DNA from: a virus
Virus record (IMG/VR): IMGVR_UViG_3300036851_000360
Location: 8,181 to 72,180 of that record
Reading direction: 5' to 3' (one strand)
Length of the DNA: 64,000 bases
Shown here: piece by piece, positions 37,525 to 47,308 of the stretch
Numbering within the stretch: the first letter of the stretch is position 1
How the letters are laid out: each line of letters begins with the position of its first letter
Notes under the pieces: model-generated
What the model was told of the DNA's origin: nothing
What the model saw: the letters and a program-made list of their open reading frames with translations, nothing else
Database searches by the model: none
Translations under genes and position numbers: made by a program

Positions 37525-38127
37525 ATGACAGATCCACGCCAACTACTCAGCAGCGTCCAGGCCGGCAAAGAGCTAGGCCTAGCTGCGAGCACGCTGTGGC
37601 GCTGGCACCACAGCGGGAAAATTCGAGCCGACTTCGTGACACCCGGCAAGCACCTGCGCTGGGACGTCGACCGGCTCAGGCGCTTCCTCGCCAACCCCGA
37701 CATGGAGGAACTGAACGTGCCCGAGCCGGCCTCGAACCCAGAGCACCCGTCTGTCGTCGCCGCGATCGTCACCTCACATCTCGGCGTCCTCGCGGGACGG
37801 CGCAACGACGGCAGGCCGCCATGGACGTTCATCGCCGGCGAGATCGAACCTGGCGAGTCGCAGATAGACGCCGCCGTGCGAGAGGTTAAAGAGGAAACGG
37901 GGCTGCTTGTCCGGGCCGGGCATCACGAGATCGGCCGACGGGTGCACCCGAAGACCCGCCGCACGATGATCTACCTGGCGTGCACCCCGACGCATGGCAC
38001 CGACGTGTTCGTCGGCGACGAGGACGAGCTCGCCGAGGTGCGGTGGCTGTCGCTCGAGGAGGCGGACGAGCTGCTGCCGGGGATGTTCGAGCCGGTCCGC
38101 GAGCACCTCGGCCGGGTCATCTCCTGA
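37525..38127 (+). CDS. MerR/Xis-like HTH fused to NUDIX hydrolase
   Basis: 'ELGLAASTLWRW...TPGKHLRW'; Nudix box GEIEPGESQIDAAVREVKEETG. Confidence 0.85.
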   Translation: MTDPRQLLSSVQAGKELGLAASTLWRWHHSGKIRADFVTPGKHLRWDVDRLRRFLANPDMEELNVPEPASNPEHPSVVAAIVTSHLGVLAGRRNDGRPPWTFIAGEIEPGESQIDAAVREVKEETGLLVRAGHHEIGRRVHPKTRRTMIYLACTPTHGTDVFVGDEDELAEVRWLSLEEADELLPGMFEPVREHLGRVIS

Positions 38128-38174
38128 CCGGACCGCAGGCTGTCATACGACTGTCCAAGTTGACTAAGCGCAGG

Positions 38175-38363
38175 TCAGCCGCGCGGGTGTCGCGATCCCT
38201 GCCGTAGGTGCACCGGCTCGGCGATGGAACAGCCGATCGGTTCGTGTGCGTACTTCGGCAGCTCGGCATGTAGCCAGCCGACGTTCTCCAGCCACTCGAT
38301 GGGGCGCCGGCAGTTGGCGCAGGCGTAGGGCGGCCCGTCGCAATCCGGACACGGCTGCATCAT
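38175..38363 (-). CDS. Small Cys-rich hypothetical protein
   Basis: Two CxxC motifs; AAGGA RBS. Confidence 0.45.
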   Translation of the reverse strand: MMQPCPDCDGPPYACANCRRPIEWLENVGWLHAELPKYAHEPIGCSIAEPVHLRQGSRHPRG

Positions 38364-38400
38364 TTGGAATCTCGATCCTTCACATGAGGCTGGTCAGGCG

Positions 38401-38571
38401 TTATCGGACATCCGTGCTCGCGTCGCGGCCGACCTCGCGCTCCAGGGCGCGAGTGACGAGCGCGAGCACGGTCTCACCGTTCGCCGCCGCGGCGGCCCGC
38501 ACGCGATTGACCAGGTCGCGGTGCAGCCGCCAGGTCACGGCCCGTTTGTCGGGGTGCGGTCGGTTGGCCAT
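38401..38571 (-). CDS. Ribbon-helix-helix-like DNA-binding protein
   Basis: MANRPHPDKRAVTWRLHRDLVNRVRAAAAANGETV..LVTRALE; GAGGAG RBS. Confidence 0.6.
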   Translation of the reverse strand: MANRPHPDKRAVTWRLHRDLVNRVRAAAAANGETVLALVTRALEREVGRDASTDVR

Positions 38572-38590
38572 GGATTACTCCTCGGGGGAC

Positions 38591-38622
38591 GAGGCGGACC
38601 CCACCAGAGTGGGGTCCGCCTC
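38591..38622. terminator. Stem-loop
   Basis: GAGGCGGACCCCAC-CAGA-GTGGGGTCCGCCTC perfect 14-bp stem. Confidence 0.7.
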
Positions 38623-38628
38623 TTGCGG

Positions 38629-38853
38629 TCAGAGCACCGTGACCCGGTGCCCGCGGGCGAGGGTGCGAACCTCGCTCGAATCCAGGGCGTAGTCCACGAA
38701 CCGCACGCCCTGGCGGACGGCCGTGACCTCCAGGCCGACCGGCTGAAAGCCGTTGCGCGTGCGGCGGTACTCGCGCACCACCATGCCCTCCAGTAGGTCC
38801 TCAACCGCCACGTCGGCGGTCGGGTTGGCGACCTGCGGGTCGAGAGCGAACAT
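38629..38853 (-). CDS. Hypothetical protein
   Basis: GAGGAGG RBS; 74 aa. Confidence 0.55.
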   Translation of the reverse strand: MFALDPQVANPTADVAVEDLLEGMVVREYRRTRNGFQPVGLEVTAVRQGVRFVDYALDSSEVRTLARGHRVTVL

Positions 38854-38997
38854 GGCCCCTCCTCGGGGTCCGGGCGGCCCCCGGCTGGGGCCGCACTGGG
38901 CGGGTGTCCGTCTCGATGAGAGAAACATATCCGCCCAGGTAGGGCGGTGGCAAGCTACCCGCTGCAAGTTCACTCGGTTGGGGTAGCAAGCCACCCG

Positions 38998-39207
38998 TCA
39001 CATGAGGCTGATCAGGGCATTGGTGAGCGCGTTGCCGGCCTTGTCCGCGCGTGCGCGCCGGGCTCGGTCGTACCGGAGCGTGGTCGACAGGTACCGGTGG
39101 CCGAGCTGCATCTGTACGTCTCCGACGGACGCGCCGGTGTCGAGCATCAGCGTGGCGCAGGTGTGGCGGAGCCCGTGCATGGTGCGGAAGTCCTGACCCG
39201 CGAGCCG
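38998..39207 (-). pseudogene. Tyrosine recombinase C-terminal remnant
   Basis: 'RLAG...TMHGLRHTCAT.....G......Q.QLGH....TT.RY' (HxxR, H and Y catalytic motifs); N-terminal part is absent. Confidence 0.8.
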
Positions 39208-39287
39208 TGAACTTGCTGGTCAGGGCGCTATAAGGTTCACATGGTACTAGCGAAACCCGAGCTCGCAGATGGACTACTATCCCCCAT

Positions 39288-40775
39288 GTGTCCGACTCGT
39301 ACAGGCCGAGGCCGCGCGCAGGGCAGTACCTGCGCGTCAGCCTGGACCGCTCCGGCCGTGCCCGGTCCGTCGACGAACAGCAAGTTGACAACGAGCGGGC
39401 CGCCGGCGAGCACGGATGGGAGATCGTCGCCAACTACGCCGACCCCAACCGGTCCGCAAGCCGATACGCAACGAAGCTGCGGGAGAACTACCTGCGCCTG
39501 CTCGAGGACATCCGCAAGCGCGAGCTTGACGTCCTGATCATTTGGGAGCCGTCGCGCGGATCCCGCAAGGTGTCGGAGTGGGTGGAGCTCATCGAGGTCG
39601 CCGAGACAGCGGCGGTCAAGTTCCACGTCACGTCCCACGGACGTACCTACGACCCTGCGAGGCCACGTGACCGGCGCTCTCTCCTCGAGGATGCTGTCGA
39701 CTCTGAGTATGAGTCGGGGAAGAACTCGGAGAGGGTGAAACGCTCGACCGCTGCCTCGGCCGAGGCAGGCCGCCCGTTCGGGTCGATCCCCTTTGGGTAC
39801 CGGCGGGAGTACGAGGCTGGGTCGACCAGCCCGACCGCACAGGTCCCCGACCCTGAGACAGCCCCTGTCGTCCAGGAGATTGTCGCCCGCATCCTGGCGG
39901 GCGACCCGCTGCACCGGATCGCGATGGATTTGAACCGACGGGGTGTGTTGACACCGCAGATGGTCCGCGACCGCCGTCTCGGGCGTGAGGGTGTGCGCCG
40001 GGGTGGCTGGAACAACCCGAAGATTCGGAAGTTGTTGTCGTCGCCGACGATGGCGGGGTGGCGGGTTCATCAGGGCGAGGTGTTCGGCCCGGCGATGTGG
40101 AAGCCGCTCGTCGCTCCGGCGGACCACGCGGCCGCGCTGGCGATCATCAACGATCCGAGCCGGCGGACGCAGCGGGGGACGGAGCCGAAGTTCCTGCTGT
40201 CGGGGATCGCGGAGTGTGGGGTGTGCGGCGGCTGGTTGCGCCGCTTTCCCAACCGTGGGCACCAGTCGTACGGCTGCGCGGGACGGAACAACCAGAACGA
40301 CGGACATGTGGTGCGCCGCGCGGAGCATCTCGACGCGATGGTGGTGAAACGTGTCGTGGAGCGTCTGCGGGACCCGGGCCTGGCGGAGGGGCTGGCGCGG
40401 CGGAGAGCAGCGGCGGATGAGTCCGCTGCGGAGGCGGCGCGGGAGCTGGCGGCTCTGCACAGGCAGCTCGCCGACTACGAGGTGAAGGCGCAGCAGGGCG
40501 GCGTGTTGGCGGCCTCGTTCGAGCGGGTCGCGCTGGGAATCGCTCAGCAGATCGAGGCCGCGCGGGCGCGTCTGGTGACGTCGGCGGTTGTCCCAGCGGG
40601 CGTACTGGATTTGGCCGGCCCGGATGCCGCCGTACGGTGGGCGGCCATCCAGGACGACATTGTGAAGCAGCGTCTCATTGTGCGTTCGCTCGTGCAGGTG
40701 ATTGTGCATCGGTCGAATGCGCCGCGTGGGTCGCGGGTGTTTGACGAGTCGTCGGTCGAGATCGTGGATCGTTAG
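39288..40775 (+). CDS. int: Large serine recombinase (integrase)
   Basis: 'YLRVS', 'SASR', 'SR.SR', 'PFGY', Zn ribbon 'LLSGIAECGVCG', coiled coil. Confidence 0.95.
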   Translation: MSDSYRPRPRAGQYLRVSLDRSGRARSVDEQQVDNERAAGEHGWEIVANYADPNRSASRYATKLRENYLRLLEDIRKRELDVLIIWEPSRGSRKVSEWVELIEVAETAAVKFHVTSHGRTYDPARPRDRRSLLEDAVDSEYESGKNSERVKRSTAASAEAGRPFGSIPFGYRREYEAGSTSPTAQVPDPETAPVVQEIVARILAGDPLHRIAMDLNRRGVLTPQMVRDRRLGREGVRRGGWNNPKIRKLLSSPTMAGWRVHQGEVFGPAMWKPLVAPADHAAALAIINDPSRRTQRGTEPKFLLSGIAECGVCGGWLRRFPNRGHQSYGCAGRNNQNDGHVVRRAEHLDAMVVKRVVERLRDPGLAEGLARRRAAADESAAEAARELAALHRQLADYEVKAQQGGVLAASFERVALGIAQQIEAARARLVTSAVVPAGVLDLAGPDAAVRWAAIQDDIVKQRLIVRSLVQVIVHRSNAPRGSRVFDESSVEIVDR

Positions 40776-41071
40776 AGGTCGCTGGGGAGCGGTGGTACGA
40801 GTACGAGGCGCCGTTCGTGGCGGGCGGCGGGTGTTGCTGCCGGCCCGCAGAGCAGGAGGTTGAGGAACTGGCCGAGCTGCCAGGCCTGGTTGAGCGGGTG
40901 CGCGTTTTTGCGGATGTAGACGGTGCGGGTGTAGTCGTTCAGTTCGCCGAGGATCTCGTCGGACATCTCGACGTACTGGACGGTGACCCCGATGCTGCGG
41001 AGCACTTCGACGAGGTCGAGCATCTCGTTCAGGTGCTGGCGTGGATCTGGCTGCGCTGCCGCAACACCCAT
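40772..41071 (-). CDS. ImmA/IrrE-like protein lacking HExxH
   Basis: Between repressor and integrase; 'GVTV...G......TVYIR......Q...L' fits the ImmA N-terminal pattern, but QFLNL replaces HELGH. Confidence 0.45.
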   Translation of the reverse strand: MGVAAAQPDPRQHLNEMLDLVEVLRSIGVTVQYVEMSDEILGELNDYTRTVYIRKNAHPLNQAWQLGQFLNLLLCGPAATPAARHERRLVLVPPLPSDL

Positions 41072-41185
41072 CGGGAGACCTTCTTTCACTCGCCTGGCTG
41101 TGTGGTGGGAGGGCCGTCCGGGGTCTGGGGTCAGCCTGTCGGGTCGGCACGTGCCGACCCTTCTTCGGCCATGCGGACGTGCACG

Positions 41186-41638
41186 TTACTCAGTTCCGCC
41201 ACCGTCGGCGACCCTTCGATCACTGCTGGTTGGTGGGGTGTGGGGTTCTTCGATGGGTGCATCCTCGGTGTACCAGCGGAAGTAGCCGGTTTGTCCGGGG
41301 TGGATGGGTTCGTCGGCTTCTCGTCGGGAGGCTAGGCGGCGGGCTAGTTCGGCGACGAGTTCGAGGTCGTGGGCTTCGCCGAGCCTAGGCCCGAGGTCGG
41401 CGGGGGCGATGTCGGGTGTGGGCTCGGCTGTTTCGACTGTTTTGGCTGGTTCGTCGGTGAGGGAGTCGTGGAGGTACTCCTCGAGCCGTTCGATGTTGGG
41501 GGAGCGGTGGACCTGGCCGCGCTCGATGCGGGCGACGGTCTTGGGGTCGATTTGGAGGATCTCGGCGAGTTCGCGGCGGCTGAGTCGCCGGCGTTCGCGT
41601 GCTCGTCGGAGGTGTTCGCCTCTGATGGTGTCGTTCAC
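41186..41638 (-). CDS. XRE-family HTH repressor (CI-like)
   Basis: 'LRRARERRRLSRRELAEILQIDPKTVARIERG'; probable leaderless GTG after TAGACT (ATG 41701 is an alternative start). Confidence 0.85.
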   Translation of the reverse strand: MNDTIRGEHLRRARERRRLSRRELAEILQIDPKTVARIERGQVHRSPNIERLEEYLHDSLTDEPAKTVETAEPTPDIAPADLGPRLGEAHDLELVAELARRLASRREADEPIHPGQTGYFRWYTEDAPIEEPHTPPTSSDRRVADGGGTE

Positions 41639-41783
41639 GGCCCCGGAGTCTAGGGCACAATAGGACACACGCGGTGTCCCTACCAGGTTGTTTTCAGACA
41701 TGCCTAGGCTCCCCGTCTGTCCCCGTCACAGCTCTGAGAGTGACTGATCAGGGCAGAAAAGGCCAGTCCTAGCAATGACAGCA

Positions 41784-41819
41784 TTGACGGGCGGGACACG
41801 TAAGGGCACAATAGGACAC
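41784..41819 (+). promoter_or_regulatory. Early rightward promoter/operator 1
   Basis: TTGACG-17-CACAAT-7-ATG with GGACAC/GGGCAC repeats. Confidence 0.7.
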
Positions 41820-42083
41820 ATGTACAGCCGACTGATCGACGCCGAGGCGTTCCTCGCCCGCTGCGCCGCGGCCGACTTGACCCTGAAGGAGCTCGCCGAG
41901 CGGAGCCTTCTCTCCGAAAGCATGGTCAAGAAGGTCTGCTACGGCCGCCGGCAACTCGCCGACCACGCCGCCCACCGGGTCGCGAAGGTCCTCGGGTGTC
42001 ATCCCAACGACTTCTCCGTCCCCAAGCCGGTCGACCGCCCGCCAGCGCCGAACCCTGACCTGTCCGACTGCGAAGCGGCATGA
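41820..42083 (+). CDS. Cro-like HTH protein
   Basis: 'LTLKELAERSLLSESMVKKVCYGRR...AKVLG'; divergent from the repressor. Confidence 0.8.
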   Translation: MYSRLIDAEAFLARCAAADLTLKELAERSLLSESMVKKVCYGRRQLADHAAHRVAKVLGCHPNDFSVPKPVDRPPAPNPDLSDCEAA

Positions 42084-42238
42084 CCTACGACGAGGCCCTC
42101 GCCATCCTCGGCCCCGAGCTGGTTGCCCGCATGAACGAGCGCCTCGGCCCGCCCGCTCCGCTGTCCGAGGAGCAGATCACGCTGCTCGTCGGCATCCTCG
42201 GCGACCTCCCAGACGAACCGTCTGCCACCGCCGCCTGA
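42080..42238 (+). CDS. Hypothetical protein
   Basis: ATGA overlap; 'PPAPLSEEQI'. Confidence 0.5.
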   Translation: MTYDEALAILGPELVARMNERLGPPAPLSEEQITLLVGILGDLPDEPSATAA

Positions 42239-42317
42239 ACCCCGCAACACGACGCAGCCCCCCACCGCCGTAACGGTGGAGGGCTAGTCGAACGACCACA
42301 AAGGAAGGCTGCCCCAA

Positions 42318-43996
42318 GTGATCGTCGATCCCACGATACCTGCCCGACCGGATGATCAGGCTGGCCGGCATCGAGTTCGCCGTGGCGCCACGTGCCCCGA
42401 CACGGGTCGCATCGTCGGTAAGACGTTGCCCCAGTTCAGGGCGAAGGCGATCATCCGCCGCAACGAGGGCGACCTTGAGCCGCGCACCCGGCGGGCACGA
42501 TGAGCGGCGCGGGCCACAGCGCATGCGCTGACTACGTCCGCCGCTTCTTCGACGAGCAGGGCATCGAGGTGACCATCGCGACCGTCCCACCACTGGTCGC
42601 CGGGACGTACACCGAGCCAGGCATGACCTGCCCTCACGGCACGACCTACTGGTTCGAGCCGACTGGTGACCAGATCGCGGCGTGGGCTCGGGACGGTGTC
42701 GCATGAGGGCTGGCGGCTGCTATGTCGAGACGTTCGTCGAGGACGACGGCGGATGGGGCTGGCAGTGCTTCGACTGCGAGACCGAAGGTGCCGGGTTCGC
42801 CAACCTCGGGGCAGCTGAGGCGGCTGGTGAGCACCACCGCGTCGAGGTCGCCACCCAGGAGCTCATCGAGGAGGGGGAACTGCCGTGACCACCAAACGCC
42901 GCAACGCGCCGATGCCTGCCCGGCGGATGCGTGAGGCCGTCACTCTGGCTGCTGAGCTGGAGTTGCGTGTGGAGAACCAGCGTCTATGGGAGCAGTTCGT
43001 GGCGTCGACCGCCGACGTGGACTGGCTGCGTGAGGAGCGCGACGAGTGGCGTGCTGCCGCGCACGAGGCTGAGGGTGATGTGGCGGCGCTCCGTCAGATC
43101 CTTTCGGTGCAGAGCGACACGATCGCTGCCCTGCGCGAGCAGCTCGGCACGGCGCACGAGGACGGAGGGCGAGACCGATGAGCGACGAGACTTCAGTCAT
43201 CTACCACGTCATCTCGTACGCCGACTGGGCGAACCTGGGGTGGACGGACTGCTGTCACCGCCTGGTGGCCGAGCTTCCGAAGGACGACGTGTGCGTGCCG
43301 CCGGGGGACCGCGAGCCGGGTGCGATGCGCTGCGACGGAGGGCGAGACCGATGAGCGTGCACCGACCCGAGGTGGTCGCCCAGTGCATCGCACAGGTGCG
43401 GGCCTGGCAGGGCAGTTCGAACGAGGGGCTGGCACCGACCCGGACGCAGTGCGGCGTGCTCGCCGACGAGGTCGAGCGGCAGCGCGCCCCGATCGACTGG
43501 CCGCCCCGGTTCCGCGCCGCCGCGGACGCAGCCAGGGCAGCGGGCTACGTGGACGCCGCCGAGCACTTCCGCGCGCTATCCAACAACGTGGCACTGGACG
43601 TGGTCGAGGCCATCGGGCGCGCGCTGCGCGGAGAGACGTCGTGACCGCCGTCGCTGTCCTTGCCGCCGCTGCGCTGGCTGTGGCTGGCCCGGATCTGGTG
43701 ACGATCGCGGGGGTGCTGCGCGGACGGGTTGGTCATCGGGTGCCGCGTGTGGGGTGGCTGGTCGGTGTCGTTGTCGCCACTCACACCGCTCTGGTTGTTG
43801 CGGGTCTGTCGAGGGGGATGTCGTGATGGACATGTTGTGGGCGGTTTACGGGTTCGGTTGGGTGCCGTGGGTGTTGGTCGCCTGGGTTGCGGTGGCTGTG
43901 GTGGTGGGCCTGGTTGTGGGGCGGATTGTGCGCCGGCGGGACAAGCAGGTGCCGCCGACGGTGCCTCCGTCTTCGGGGGCCGGCGGGCTGCCGTGA
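42318..43996 (+). other. Run of small overlap-coupled early genes (42318-42503, 42500-42706, 42703-42888, 42885-43181, 43178-43354, 43351-43644, 43641-43826, 43826-43996)
   Basis: Consecutive ATGA/GTGA overlaps with RBSs; the last two are hydrophobic. Confidence 0.6.
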
Positions 43997-44018
43997 CGGG
44001 GCTGTAGCTGGGACGATG

Positions 44019-44060
44019 GGGCGCCGGGCAACCTTGAGGGGTGGCCCGGCGTCTTCTTTG
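44019..44060 (+). terminator. Rho-independent terminator
   Basis: GGCGCCGGGC...GCCCGGCGTC followed by TTCTTTG. Confidence 0.65.
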
Positions 44061-44089
44061 TTGGGTGTCTTAGTCTGTCCCTTCCACCC

Positions 44090-44125
44090 TTGACGGGTAG
44101 GACACTTTAGGGCACAATGGGACAC
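44090..44125 (+). promoter_or_regulatory. Early rightward promoter/operator 2
   Basis: TTGACG-17-CACAAT-7-ATG; near-copy of 41784-41822. Confidence 0.7.
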
Positions 44126-46884
44126 ATGGCTGCCCCACTACCCAGCACCACCCCGGAGCCCCAGCTCCGCCCCCCTGAGATCCCCGCCCCTGCCCCGCTG
44201 TGCGCGATGTGGCAGGGCCGCTGCGGTAACCCCGCCCACCTCATCGTCCACACCACGAAGCGAATCGGATCCCACGACGAGCCCATGTCGTGGCTGGTGT
44301 GCGACGCCACCCCCTGCTGGGACGCCGCACGCCGACACGCCGAGACGTACGGGCTCCGGTACGTGGACTCCCGCCGGATCACTCCCGCCGACATCGAAGC
44401 CATCACGAGGCGCGAGGCGGTGGCGGCATGAACACCACTGCACTTCCGGGTCGAACCGACGAGCTACTCGACGCGCAGACCACCGCCATCGCCTTCATCC
44501 GCGAGCACGGCCTCTACGCCGACAGCATCGACCTTCGCCTGGGTTCCACCACCGCCCGCCGGTGGAACCGGGAGACGCAGGACTTCGACCGTCCCTGCAT
44601 GCCAATCAGGGCCACGGTCTGCATGTTCCGCCACCCGGAGGAGTTCCTCCGCTGGGCTGATGCGCTCCCGCCCGCGGACGTCCTCGTCAAGCGCCGCGAC
44701 GGGGACACCTGCCTGAATCTGTACAGCGACCACGCCAACATCACCTGGGAGATCGCGTCGGGCATCAGCCGCCCTGAGACGGGGCCGCATCTGCCGGGGA
44801 TCCCTGCGCCGTGGACGCGCAACCGGCGCCGTGCACTCACCGATCACGGCCGGATCTCCGCCGAACAGCTCCGCACCGTCCTGGCGACGCTGGGTGGTGC
44901 GTCATGACCACCTATCTGATTGACCAGCGCGTGCAGGTGTTCATGCCCGACGTCCAGCGCCTCGTCCCCGGCCTCGTCCTGTCGGCCACCACCAGCTGTG
45001 TGCGGGTCTCGCTCGATGACCGCATGGCTGTGGTGTCGGCGGACCCGGCTGACCACTTCCGCATCCACCCCATCGAGGCGGTGACCCATGCCTGACAACG
45101 ACCTCGCCCGCGCCGTGGAGTGGGCCGAGCGTGCCGGCCAGCTCCGGTACTTCGTCCAAGAGCTCGTCGCCCTCGCCCGGCTCCACAACGCCCCCACCGG
45201 GTTCGTGGCGGAACAGGTCGCGCAACTCGCCGCCCAGGCCGAGCGGACCGAAGGGCTCGGTCTCGACGAGGAGGCGATCGCCCGGTCGGCAGAGACCCGG
45301 CAGCTCGCCGCCGACCTACACCGGTCCCGCCGTCCGCGAAAGGGGCGCCGTGATGCCTGAGCGTCCCTGTCTCTGCTCAGGCGGTTTCACGTGCACACAG
45401 CACTTCACCGCCCAGGCCCGCCGACTGATGGCCGACAACAAGCTGGACGCGTTGGCGAAGGACTTCGTCGGCATCGATGACGACCAGTGGTGCGTCCTCG
45501 TCTACCTCCACGTCCAGGACGACCTGGACCTCCTCCTGTTCGAGGGCGGCGCGTCGTGAAACCGATCCGCCATCCGGTCCAGACCACGTTCGTGGTGGGG
45601 CTCGAGCACTGGGTTGTCGTCCAACGCAACACCAAAGGCGGCTGGCGGGTCGTGGAGATCGCCGAACACGCCAGTCACATCGATTCCACCCATGTGTGGC
45701 GCCGCGACGCCGAAGTCGTCGCTGCCGCCATCGCGGTCGTCCGCAGTTTCAACACCCTCACCGCCGAGGACCACCGATGACCAACGCCAGCAGCGCTCTG
45801 CCGCACATCAACCTCGAGCTCGACGCTTACAAGCACCCCCACTTCGACGAATGGTGCTACGGCGAGGACCGCGGCCCATGGCAGGGCGGCTACCCGGTTG
45901 TCGCACAGCCCCGCTTCGAGGACGCCGGCCGGGTGTTCCAGGCGGCCGTCGACATCAAGTACCTCCGTCTTGAGCGCGACCAGCTACCCGAGTTCATCGC
46001 CTGGCTGACCGCCGTCTACCACGCCACCAGCGAGGAGACCGGGTCGTGACCAACACCAACAGCGTCAGCTCGGACGACGCGTTCATCGACGGCATCGCCG
46101 CCATGCCCGCCTCAGACCAGCGCGGCGCCCTCATCGACGTCGTCCTCGACACCGCCACCTGGCAGATCGCCCAGCCGTCCGATGTGGACGGGAGGGCCCG
46201 GTGAACGGCTACCTCGACGAGGACTTGCCCCGCGATCAGCACTCGCTGGCGTGCCCCATCTGGCAGTCGGACGACCCCGCCGACGAATGCGACTGCGGCG
46301 CTGGTGACTTCCAGGTCGGCGTGCAGCAGAAGCTCGAGCGGTTCGAGTCGTACGAGGGGGTGCGGTGACGGGCGAACACAGCGGACCTGCCCAACGACTC
46401 CGACTGCCTCCAGGCCCATATGTCCGACGCCTCGTGCCACTGCTCGCGCGCCGACTGGCTGGACGAGATGGTGCCCCGAGCGCGGGCCCGTACCGAGCTG
46501 CTCACCCACCTTGAGCGGTGGGCACGGGAGCGGGAGATCTTCGAGACCGGCGACCTGGAGCGGGCGTGCCGGGTCAACGTGCCCATGCCGACCGAGCCGC
46601 ACCAAATCGCCTGGGAGATATCGCCTCATCTGCGGGAATACCTGCGGATGGGCGGGAACATGGCCCAGTCGATCGTGCGCCAGACCTACCAGCAGATGGC
46701 GGTACGCGCGATCAACATGCGCAAGGAGTGCGCAGTCCGGCTCGCCGCGCTTGAGGCGGCGAAGCCGAAGGCTGCCCCCGAACCGGAACCCGCACCGCGA
46801 CCGGCTGGTCTGGCCGAGCAGCTCGCCATGGCCATACCGGCCGGCGGTGTCGTCACCCTTCAGACGGCGGGGGAGCGGCTGTGA
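44126..46884 (+). other. Run of small early genes (44126-44431, 44428-44907, 44904-45095, 45088-45360, 45353-45559, 45556-45780, 45777-46049, 46046-46204, 46201-46368, 46420-46884)
   Basis: Mostly overlap-coupled ORFs with GC-rich third codon positions; no family recognised. Confidence 0.55.
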
Positions 46885-46918
46885 TGAGTGGGCCTGACCC
46901 CGAACACCGGGGGCTGTG

Positions 46919-47308
46919 ATGTCCGACTGCTGCGGTGGGTGCGGTTCGTCGATGGTCCCCCGATCGTCAGGGGAATCCCGCGTCGACACACACGAGGGCC
47001 GCGGCCTGTGCCCTCCCTGCTACCGCCAAGCCCACTACACGGGCCGGTTGGACGAGTACCCGCGGCGGAGCTGGTCCCGGGAAGACGTGATGTCCGAGTG
47101 GGATCTGCTCCGGTCGGAGGGCTACACGCGTCGCGTCGCCGCTGACCGGTTGGGCATGAGGTGGGAGACGTTCGACCGCGCCTACTGGCGGGCCAGGGCA
47201 GCGGGTGATCCGCGGGCGGTGCCGGAGCAGGTGGCCAGCGACGCCGGCATCTGGACCATCCCCCCGACCCTGCGGCCACACGATCACACCATCGGGAGGG
47301 TGAAGTGA
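46919..47308 (+). CDS. Zn-finger plus HTH-like protein
   Basis: 'C.GC...H.GRGLC..CY'; 'AADRLGM'. Confidence 0.6.
   Translation: MSDCCGGCGSSMVPRSSGESRVDTHEGRGLCPPCYRQAHYTGRLDEYPRRSWSREDVMSEWDLLRSEGYTRRVAADRLGMRWETFDRAYWRARAAGDPRAVPEQVASDAGIWTIPPTLRPHDHTIGRVK

Noticed and set aside
38150-38412. dif-like half sites (AGTTGACTAAG and TTATCGGAC)
   Set aside because: The arms are about 240 bp apart rather than 6 bp, and one is simply the end of a coding sequence
39237-41150. Long minus-strand 637-aa ORF and similar shadow ORFs (e.g. 13911-16241, 11442-13163)
   Set aside because: Antisense to well-supported genes; Arg/Pro-rich products typical of stop-poor high-GC DNA
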